From Candidatus Methylomirabilota bacterium (GTDB lineage: Bacteria > Methylomirabilota > Methylomirabilia > Rokubacteriales > CSP1-6): 10,708 nucleotides of DNA. The translations under genes were made by a program, and so were the position numbers. The stretch is from assembly GCA_046726415.1 (NCBI GenBank), contig JBKPAK010000242.1:1-10708 (forward strand), written 5' to 3'. Position 1 is the first letter of the stretch; each line of letters starts with the position of its first letter. This document shows positions 1 through 6,946 of the stretch, piece by piece. Below the pieces are notes generated by a model. That model was not told the origin of the DNA. It did not search any database and saw only the letters and a list, made by a program, of their open reading frames with translations.

Positions 1-936
1 CGCGCCCGCGGCCCGGGCCGCCATCCGCGCGTAGGGCCGCTCGTCGGCTTCCTGCTCGGCAAAGCCGACGGAGAATGTGCGAAGGCGCTCGGGCATCATC
101 GGCGCCATGAGGGCGGCCAGCGCGCTGGAATCGAGCCCTCCCGACAGGAACAGCCCCAGCGGCACGTCGCTCATGAGATGGCCGCGGACCGTCTCGGTCA
201 GCTCGGCGCGCACGTCGCGCGCCTCCACCTCCAGAGGGCCCGGGTCGGTGTCGAGAGTCAGAGGCAGCCGCCAATACCGCCGCTGCTGGATTCCCTCGGC
301 CGGCGACCAGGTGAGCGTGCGTCCGGGCAAGAGCTTGCGGATGCCCTGGAAGAACGTCTCCTCGCCGGCCACGAAGCGCGTGGCCAGGAACTCCGGCACG
401 ATGGCCTCGTTCAAACGCGGCCGGACCGGGCGGGCGGCCAGGATGGCCTTGATCTCCGAGGCGAAGAGCAACTCCCCGTCGCTGACCGCGAAATAGAGCG
501 GCTTGATGCCGAGGCGATCGCGCGCCAGGAGGAGCCGCGTCCGCCGGCGGTCCCAGAGGGCGAAGGCGAACATGCCGCGCAGTCGTTCCACGCACCCTTC
601 CCCCTCCTCGTCGTAGAGGTGAAGGATGGTCTCGGTGTCACTGCGCGTGCGGTAGCGATGGCCCCGATTGGCCAGGGCCTCCCGCAACACCTGATGGTTG
701 TAGATCTCACCATTATAGGTGATCCAGACCGAACCCCCCTCGTTGGCCATCGGCTGATGACCGCCGCCCACGTCGACGATGGCCAGGCGCCGATGGCCGA
801 GCCCCACCCCTCCCTCCATCCACAGCCCCTCGCCGTCCGGCCCCCGATGGCGCAGCACGTCCCGCATGCGCTTGAGCCGCGCTTCCTCCACGGGCTCGGT
901 CCCATCGAACTTGACGATTCCGGCAATCCCGCACAT
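1..936 (-). CDS. asnB: Asparagine synthase (glutamine-hydrolysing)-like amidotransferase, copy 2; N-terminal 312 codons, runs off the left edge
   Basis: Translated by hand from ATG at 936 with no stop before position 1: MCGIAGIVKF...HRGPDGEG...GHRRLAIVD..GGHQPMANE...YNGEIYN...SDTETIL...RGMFAFALWD...ARDRLGIKPLY...FASEIKA...LMSDVPLGLFLSGGLDSS...TFSVGF. This has the Ntn-hydrolase N-terminal Cys, the class II GATase motifs and the SGGxDS PP-loop of the synthetase domain. Confidence 0.95.
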   Translation of the reverse strand, partial: MCGIAGIVKFDGTEPVEEARLKRMRDVLRHRGPDGEGLWMEGGVGLGHRRLAIVDVGGGHQPMANEGGSVWITYNGEIYNHQVLREALANRGHRYRTRSDTETILHLYDEEGEGCVERLRGMFAFALWDRRRTRLLLARDRLGIKPLYFAVSDGELLFASEIKAILAARPVRPRLNEAIVPEFLATRFVAGEETFFQGIRKLLPGRTLTWSPAEGIQQRRYWRLPLTLDTDPGPLEVEARDVRAELTETVRGHLMSDVPLGLFLSGGLDSSALAALMAPMMPERLRTFSVGFAEQEADERPYARMAARAAGA

Positions 937-940
937 GGGC

Positions 941-1735
941 TCAGCAGCGGGCGCGCCGGGTACGGCCGGGCGCCTTGGGAATGAGCGTGCAGCGCACGCT
1001 GGAGGTCAGGACCTCGCGAGTCAGCCGATTGGCGAGTGGCCGCAGTCGGCGGATCGGCCGGGCGGCGAATTCGACGACCTCGAAGTCGCTGGAGGCCACC
1101 AGCCGTTCGAAGCGACCGACGGTCATCTGGTTGAGGCCGCCCGCGACCTCGCCAAACCTGGTCGCGCCATCGGACTTGAACCGCGCGCGCCACCGGATCA
1201 GCGCCGCCTCGGTGAAGATCAGGTGGGCCCACGGGAATACCGAGAACAGGTGACCGCCGTAGGGATGGAACCACGGGGGACCGAAGGCGATCAGGGCGCG
1301 GCCGTGGGGACGGATCAGGGTGCGCATCTGGCGGAGCATCCATTCGGGGTTGTCGTAGTGCTCGAAGCCGTCGATGGACACGATGACGTCCGCGCGCTCG
1401 CGGGTGTGCGTGGTGAACAGGCACCGATCGGAGAGCGCGCGGTCGGTGGCGGCCCGGCGGGCCTGCTCGAGCACGGTCTCCCGAACGTCGAGACCGATCA
1501 CCCGATACGCGCCGCGCTGGGCCATCTCCAGGACCTCGTCCCCGATGCCGCAGCCGACGTCGATGACCTTCTTACCGGCAATCTCCGCCCAGATGCTCGG
1601 CCCGAAGAGCGCCTCCAGCTTGCTGCGGCCCCGGTAGGACGTGCCGCTCAGGGGGTCCACGCGCTCGGCATGGCGACCGAGCGTCCGGAGCAATTGATCG
1701 CCGATCCTTCCTCCCACGAAGCCGGTGGTCAGCAC
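941..1735 (-). CDS. Class I SAM-dependent methyltransferase (~264 aa)
   Basis: C-terminal part of track ORF 941..3001. Motif I KKVIDVGCGIG, acidic residue after beta2 (VIGLDVRE), ADVIVSIDGFEH, then LIRPHGRALI and FGPPWFHPYGGHL. The start is placed at GTG 1735, which overlaps the upstream TGA and has GGAGA at 1743-1747. The exact start is inferred. Confidence 0.88.
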   Translation of the reverse strand: MLTTGFVGGRIGDQLLRTLGRHAERVDPLSGTSYRGRSKLEALFGPSIWAEIAGKKVIDVGCGIGDEVLEMAQRGAYRVIGLDVRETVLEQARRAATDRALSDRCLFTTHTRERADVIVSIDGFEHYDNPEWMLRQMRTLIRPHGRALIAFGPPWFHPYGGHLFSVFPWAHLIFTEAALIRWRARFKSDGATRFGEVAGGLNQMTVGRFERLVASSDFEVVEFAARPIRRLRPLANRLTREVLTSSVRCTLIPKAPGRTRRARC

Positions 1736-3948
1736 GATAGGTTCTCCATGACGCCGGGCCGGCCGACGGTGACTTCGTCGCGCGGACCGAACCGCACGAC
1801 CTCGCGTCCCCCATCCACGCTGAGGCCGAGGGGCCCGGCCCCATCGTCGTCGACGGGCGACACGAGGGGGGTGATGGCCAGGGAATCCTCTATCGGGAGC
1901 ACGAGCGTGGCGATCCTGAGGGGCAGGGTGGCGACCGCCGAGTAGACGACCACGGGGGCCGGGCGGCGCTGGCCGTAGTCGGGCGAGACCCAGCCCTGGA
2001 TCGGCGCCGCTTCCCCCCTGAAGAGCTGCGCCTGCAGACCGACCCTCGTGAACGGGTGCAGGAGCAGGCCGTGGCCGCGCGCACCGCGGGCGCGGGTCCA
2101 CAACGCCTCGTCGATTGTCACGTCCAGAGGCGCGAATTGAAACCGCAGCTCGACGCGATGCTCGTCGACGCCCAGGAGGTCGTCCACGATGACCCAATAG
2201 CGCGGCTTGACCCACAGCACGCGGCGCCGATGAACCACGGGATCGTCGAGACCCCGGTACGCCGCGTGCTGGGCGTCCACCACGTCGAGCGCGTCTGTCG
2301 ATCGCCAGCTGGTGAGTGCCGCGCGGGGCTGCTCGTGCCAGCCGAACGGGCCGTGCGGCCGCGCCTGGCTGCGACCGTCCACCATGACCGTGGAGTGCGC
2401 CGCGGTGCTGCGGAAGAAGTCGCGCCACGCGCGATCGGCGGTGTAACAGTACGTTCCGGGATCGACGAGGTACGGCTCTCCGAAGGCGGCACACTGGAGG
2501 CTCAGCAGATCGGCGTGGCCGTGACCCGCACTCACCGGGCAGCCGAGCGGGCCCACATCGAACACGAGCTGGTGGGCCCCGCGGTCCCATGCGCTTCGCA
2601 TGATCGCGTAGCCACCCTCCGAGAACAGCCGTGATTCGGGCCCCACGGGCGGGGAGGGCGCGAGCGCATCGAAGGCCGTCATCCCGGCGCGGCCGAGAAG
2701 CCAGAGCGCCTCGGGGGCCCATCCTTGGGCGGCCCACGCGAAGTCGGACCGGCCACAGATCGAGGCGGCGGCGGCGAGGATGCCGCGGACGTCGTCGGGC
2801 CCCCGCGCGGCCAGCGGCAGGAGCCAGCCTCCGTCGGCGTCTCCAATGTGGGGGAGGGCACCGTCGGGCTGGCCCACGGCGACGAGAAAATCGAGGAGTC
2901 GCGCGAAGCGCTGGCGCACCGCCGGGGGCACCGGGATCTGGGTGCGCTCGGCCAGCAACAGAAAGTGCAGGTAGATCTCCGCGGTGTAGCGCTGGTAGCA
3001 CGTGGCCCGCTCGAAGTGCACGCCGTCGGCCAGCACCTGGCGTTCACTTTCCACTATCAGGATCCGTCGCCCGAGGCGGCGCCAGCGGTGCGCGCCCGTC
3101 AACTCGGGAAAGACCACGCCGGCGTAGAAGAGGCCCAGCGCCTCTCCGGTGAGATGCGTATTCGGCGAGAAATAGTACGAGAGGTAGCGCTCCACGCGCG
3201 CGGCGTGAGCGCGGACGCTCTGCAGCACGGCCGCGAACAGCTCCGGCGAGAGCGCCGGCGAGCCGCGGAAGAGGATGACGGCCCAGCACCACGCGATCAG
3301 ACGCAGGGACAGTTCCAGGCTGCTCGCCCAGTTGATGCCGCACCCCGGCGGGTTGGCCCGCAACCAGCCGTCGACCGAGGTGGCGAAGCACGCGGCGTAC
3401 CGCTCATCGCCCGTGAGCTGATAGGCTTGTCCCAGTCGCACCAGCCACTGATGGCGGTTCAACTCCCAGATCACCTTGCTGTCGCCAACCGACGACGAAT
3501 CGAGGGGATCGATGCGGCTCCAGTGCAGGAGCGGCGCCCGCCGCCCGGAGATCGGATCGAGGTGCCAATCCACAGGGTCGCCGAAGGACAGCCCGCGGTA
3601 CCCGAGTACATCGAAGCGGCCCTGGAGGATGGACTGCGCGCTCTCGATGATCTGCTCGCGCGCGCCGGGGAGTCGCGCGGCGAGAAGCGCTGGAACCTCG
3701 GCGTCCGCTGTCCCCGCGAAGAAACGAGCCGCGGCGGCGCGGCGGAACCGATCGAGCTGCATCGACCGTGCGCCGGCATGATCGCCGTCTGCGCCCTCGG
3801 CGCGGATGGCCGCTGGCGCCCACGCGCCCCAGACTGTGCGATGGGTATGGTTGAGGGCCCCGATCCGCTCCAGGCCCTTCCAGAGCTGTTGCCGGCTCCG
3901 ACCCGCGACTTCGCTCAGCCCCATCTTCATGACGCGGCGGACCTTCAC
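1729..3948 (-). CDS. Heparinase II/III-family (alginate lyase-like N-terminal + Hepar_II_III) protein (~739 aa)
   Basis: C-terminal part of track ORF 1729..4860. Family-type motifs: GDSKVIWELNRHQWL, WLRANPPGCGINWASSLE, SPNTHLTGE, DGVHFERATCYQRY, PHIGDADGG, GHGHADLLS, LVDPGTYCY, RSTAAHSTVMVDG, WVSPDYG. GTG 3948 forms a GTGA overlap with the GT4 stop and has GGAG 7 nt upstream (3956-3959). Confidence 0.9.
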   Translation of the reverse strand: MKVRRVMKMGLSEVAGRSRQQLWKGLERIGALNHTHRTVWGAWAPAAIRAEGADGDHAGARSMQLDRFRRAAAARFFAGTADAEVPALLAARLPGAREQIIESAQSILQGRFDVLGYRGLSFGDPVDWHLDPISGRRAPLLHWSRIDPLDSSSVGDSKVIWELNRHQWLVRLGQAYQLTGDERYAACFATSVDGWLRANPPGCGINWASSLELSLRLIAWCWAVILFRGSPALSPELFAAVLQSVRAHAARVERYLSYYFSPNTHLTGEALGLFYAGVVFPELTGAHRWRRLGRRILIVESERQVLADGVHFERATCYQRYTAEIYLHFLLLAERTQIPVPPAVRQRFARLLDFLVAVGQPDGALPHIGDADGGWLLPLAARGPDDVRGILAAAASICGRSDFAWAAQGWAPEALWLLGRAGMTAFDALAPSPPVGPESRLFSEGGYAIMRSAWDRGAHQLVFDVGPLGCPVSAGHGHADLLSLQCAAFGEPYLVDPGTYCYTADRAWRDFFRSTAAHSTVMVDGRSQARPHGPFGWHEQPRAALTSWRSTDALDVVDAQHAAYRGLDDPVVHRRRVLWVKPRYWVIVDDLLGVDEHRVELRFQFAPLDVTIDEALWTRARGARGHGLLLHPFTRVGLQAQLFRGEAAPIQGWVSPDYGQRRPAPVVVYSAVATLPLRIATLVLPIEDSLAITPLVSPVDDDGAGPLGLSVDGGREVVRFGPRDEVTVGRPGVMENLSC
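1743..1747 (-). promoter_or_regulatory. Putative Shine-Dalgarno (GGAGA) for the methyltransferase, embedded in the end of the lyase-like gene
   Basis: The minus strand reads catGGAGAacctatcGTG, a 7-nt spacer to GTG 1735. Confidence 0.55.
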
Positions 3949-5015
3949 GCCACGGCTCCCGCGTAGGTGTCCGCCCAGGCCGCGCGCACGCGCGGCCAGG
4001 TGTGCTGCTCGGCCTCCCGACGTGCACACCGGGCCAGCTCGCGCGCGCGATCGGGATCCTCGAGAAGCTTCGCCACCCCCGCCGCTATGGCCGCCGGGTC
4101 TCCCGGCGGGACTCGCAGGCCCGTCTCGCCATCGCGCACCATGGCCGCCAGGCCGCCCGTTCCGGTCGAGACCACGGGAAGCCCCGCGGCAAACGCCTCC
4201 AGCACCGAGAGCGGCTGGTTGTCGATGACCGAAGCGTTGACGAAGATGTTGCCGTCGTCGTAGACCCGCGGCATGAGGGGCGGCTCGACCCGCCCCACGA
4301 AGCGCACGCCAGCGAGGCCGCTCGACGCGACCAGGCGCTGGAGGCGAGGCTCCTCGCGGCCCGAGCCCGCGATGGTGAGGCGCGCGTCCGGACGGCGCGG
4401 TTTCAGAATCGCGAAGGCCTGGAGGATGTCGTCCACGCGGTAATGGGGCTCGAGATTCCGCGTGGACAGGAGCTGGGGGCCGAGGGGCGCCCGCTCGCGA
4501 TAGCGGAAGTGCGACAGATCGACCACGTTTGGGACGACGCGCGCCCGGTAGCCGAAGCGCGCAAAGATGTCCTGGAGGTAGGTCGAAGGGACGGCGATCG
4601 CCTCCGCCATGTTGAGAAAGGGATGGACGAGTGGCCCCCAGCGGGCGAGGTGATCGTCGGCCTCGCCGCTGTGGTAGTTGAGTACCACGCGCTTGCCCAG
4701 AGCCCGGGCGGCGAGGATGGCCGGAGCCGGCGCGAGGAGGAAGGACCAGTAGGATGCGGCGAAGACGTGGACGACATCCGCCGCGCGGAGATGGCGAAGG
4801 CTCGGAAGATACAGAGCCTGGTTCAGCAGAGTCCGCGCGTACGCGTAGCGCCGGAGCCACCGGACCCCGCGGGGGAATGGCGGATTCACTGGGAGCAGGG
4901 CGACGTCGTACCCCTCTTCCCGGAGGTGCCGCGCCAGCGTCACTGCCTGCACGCCATGGCCGCCCAGAATCTCCAGGCTGGCCACCACCATGGCGATCCG
5001 CGGCCTCAGCCCCAT
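3945..5015 (-). CDS. Glycosyltransferase family 4 (GT-B fold, ~356 aa)
   Basis: N-terminal RIAMVVASLEILGGHGVQA (beta1 plus GG loop), DVVHVF, VVLNYHSG, IAVPSTYL, VVPNVVD, LTIAGSG, VRFVGRV, and DNQPLSVLEAFAAGLPVVSTGTGG...DGETGL. ATG 5015 has GGAAGG at 5026-5031. Confidence 0.93.
   Translation of the reverse strand: MGLRPRIAMVVASLEILGGHGVQAVTLARHLREEGYDVALLPVNPPFPRGVRWLRRYAYARTLLNQALYLPSLRHLRAADVVHVFAASYWSFLLAPAPAILAARALGKRVVLNYHSGEADDHLARWGPLVHPFLNMAEAIAVPSTYLQDIFARFGYRARVVPNVVDLSHFRYRERAPLGPQLLSTRNLEPHYRVDDILQAFAILKPRRPDARLTIAGSGREEPRLQRLVASSGLAGVRFVGRVEPPLMPRVYDDGNIFVNASVIDNQPLSVLEAFAAGLPVVSTGTGGLAAMVRDGETGLRVPPGDPAAIAAGVAKLLEDPDRARELARCARREAEQHTWPRVRAAWADTYAGAVA
3956..3959 (-). promoter_or_regulatory. 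Putative Shine-Dalgarno (GGAG) for the heparinase II/III-like gene
   Basis: The minus strand reads gcgGGAGccgtggcGTGA, a 7-nt spacer to GTG 3948. Confidence 0.55.
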
Positions 5016-6946
5016 GTCCGAGTCGCCTTCCGCGCGACGTTCGAAGGTCTCGATGCGACGGCTGCCTCCGCGGCGTCGGCCCGGGAGCGCTGGTCGACGA
5101 AGATCCGGCACCACAGCTCGAACGACATCAGCGTCCAGAGGGGAATGTCGAGATCGCCCTGGCCCCGTTCCGGCTGTTCCACCAGACGCGCCACCTGCGC
5201 GCGATCGAAGATGCCCCGCTGACGGGCGCGCTCGGACAGCAGGAGGTCGCGCACGAAGTCGGTGAACCGCCCGCGGAACCAGCGGCCGAGAGGAATGGCG
5301 AAGCCGCGCTTGGGGCGGGTGAGGATCGCCTCGGGCAGCACGCGCCTCATGGCCCGCCTGAAGAGGTACTTCCCCCTGCCGTCGCGGCGCTGGAGCTCCG
5401 GCGGAATGGTGGCGGCGAACTCCACGAGCGGGTGGTCGAGGAGGGGAACCCGCGCCTCCAGCGAATGCGCCATGCTCATGCGGTCGACCTTGGTGAGGAT
5501 GTCGAGCGGGAGGTACGTCTGCAAATCCGAGTACTGGAGCGCCGAGAGCCAGTGCGTGTCACCGTTGCGAAGCCATCGGCGGTTCACCGCCCACGCGTCG
5601 TGAGGCGACACCTGACGGAGAGCGTCCGCGCTGAGGAGCCGGGCGAGTTGCGCCGAGCCGAACAGGGTGTTGGCGTCGAGATAGCGGTCGCCGTCGGGGA
5701 GCGACAGGTGACGAAGCGTGTTGCGCCCTCTCAGGCGCTCGGGCATTCGCTGCGCCACGCCGGCCATCAGGGCCCTGGCCGGGGAGGGCAGGAACCGGTA
5801 CCGCCGCTCCCGACCCTCGACCGCGTACTTGTCGTACCCGGCGAACAGCTCGTCACCCCCATCGCCAGACAGCACCACCTTCACGGATTCCGCAGCGAGC
5901 TTCGACACCAGGTAGGTGGGGATCGCCGAGGAGTCGCTGAACGGCTCGTCCAGACATCGCGCGAGGTCCTCCAGCATGCCGAGCACATCGGGCTCGACGA
6001 CCAGCTCGTGATGCTTGGTCCCGAACGCCTGAGCGGCCAGCCGGGCATAGGGAAGCTCGTTGTACGCGGGGTCGGTGAATCCGATGGAGAAGGTTCGGAT
6101 CGGCTCCGCGGTCAGGCGCGACATGAAGGCCACCACGCTGCTCGAATCCATTCCGCCACTCAGGAAGGCTCCCACCGGGACATCGCTCACCATGTGCAGC
6201 CGGACCGACTCCTCCAGGAGCTCTTCCAGGCGGTCGACGAAGTACGCCTCGCGGCGCGAGCGATCCGGCTCGAAGTGCACGTCCCAGTACCGTCTCACTC
6301 GGGGGGCTCCGCCCGGGGAGATCTCGAGCAGGTGCCCTGGCTCGAGTTTGTGCACCCCGGCCACGATGCTGTCCGCCCGAGGCGTCGTGCCGAAGGTGAG
6401 GAAGTGGCTGAATGCTGGCCAACTCAACGCGGGCTCGATGTCGTCGAGAGCGAGGATGGCTTTCAGCTCCGAGGCGAACACCAGCCGTCCGCCATGCACG
6501 GCGTAGTAGAGGGGCTTGATCCCGAGCCGGTCGCGGGCCAGCAACAACCGCCGCCGCGCGTCGTCCCACAGCGCGAAGGCGAACATCCCGCGCAGCCTTT
6601 CCACGCAGCGGGGACCGAGCTCCTCGTAGAGATGCACGATGGTCTCGGTGTCCGTCGACGTCGTGAAGGAGTGACCCCGGCGCGCGAGCTCGTCGCGCAG
6701 CTCGCGGTAGTTATAGATCTCGCCGTTGAAGACCACCCAGACCGATCCATCCTCGTTTCCGATCGGCTGCCGCCCGGAATCCAAGTCGATGATGCTCAGG
6801 CGCCGCATGCCCAGGCCGATGCCGTCACCGAGGTAGAATCCCTCGTCGTCGGGCCCGCGATGGGCGAGAGCGGTACACATCGCCTTCAGCTCGTGGAAGA
6901 CGAAGGGGCGATCGCCCAGGTTCAGGATTCCCGCGATTCCACACAT
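5006..6946 (-). CDS. asnB: Asparagine synthase (glutamine-hydrolysing)-like amidotransferase, copy 1 (646 aa, complete)
   Basis: The true start is MCGIAG at ATG 6946, in a TGATG overlap with the flippase stop, not 7312. Motifs: HRGPD, RRLSIIDL..GRQP, FNGEIYN, TDTE, GMFAF, RDRLGIKPLYY, SDVPVGAFLSGGMDSS, VLSGDGGDELFAGY, KVDRMSMAHSLEARVPLLDH, RPKRGF. Confidence 0.96.
   Translation of the reverse strand: MCGIAGILNLGDRPFVFHELKAMCTALAHRGPDDEGFYLGDGIGLGMRRLSIIDLDSGRQPIGNEDGSVWVVFNGEIYNYRELRDELARRGHSFTTSTDTETIVHLYEELGPRCVERLRGMFAFALWDDARRRLLLARDRLGIKPLYYAVHGGRLVFASELKAILALDDIEPALSWPAFSHFLTFGTTPRADSIVAGVHKLEPGHLLEISPGGAPRVRRYWDVHFEPDRSRREAYFVDRLEELLEESVRLHMVSDVPVGAFLSGGMDSSSVVAFMSRLTAEPIRTFSIGFTDPAYNELPYARLAAQAFGTKHHELVVEPDVLGMLEDLARCLDEPFSDSSAIPTYLVSKLAAESVKVVLSGDGGDELFAGYDKYAVEGRERRYRFLPSPARALMAGVAQRMPERLRGRNTLRHLSLPDGDRYLDANTLFGSAQLARLLSADALRQVSPHDAWAVNRRWLRNGDTHWLSALQYSDLQTYLPLDILTKVDRMSMAHSLEARVPLLDHPLVEFAATIPPELQRRDGRGKYLFRRAMRRVLPEAILTRPKRGFAIPLGRWFRGRFTDFVRDLLLSERARQRGIFDRAQVARLVEQPERGQGDLDIPLWTLMSFELWCRIFVDQRSRADAAEAAVASRPSNVARKATRTWG

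Noticed and set aside
499..640. Short DNA repeats shared with ~6510-6655 (e.g. gcgaaggcgaacat, gatggtctcggtgtc)
   Set aside because: These are conserved codons of the MFAFA and DTETI motifs in the asnB paralogs, not a repeat element, att site or CRISPR.
411..1424. Minus-strand 337-aa ORF spanning the methyltransferase/asnB junction (possible frameshift product)
   Set aside because: It is an alternative frame with no motifs. Both real genes are intact in their own frames, so no frameshift is needed.
941..3001. Apparent 686-aa methyltransferase fusion
   Set aside because: The part above 1735 is Arg-rich alternative-frame sequence overlapping the lyase gene. Only the last ~264 aa look like a real protein.
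1729..4860. Apparent 1043-aa protein suggesting a fusion or large N-terminal domain on the lyase
   Set aside because: The first ~300 aa are low-complexity Arg/Pro/Gly/Ala out-of-frame read-through of the GT4 gene. A GTGA-coupled start with an SD exists at 3948.
5006..6946. AsnB-like genes as lasso-peptide cyclases or beta-lactam synthetases
   Set aside because: Both keep the N-terminal catalytic Cys and full glutaminase motifs. There is no precursor peptide, B1/PqqD or B2 protease gene in the window, and the context is glycan biosynthesis.
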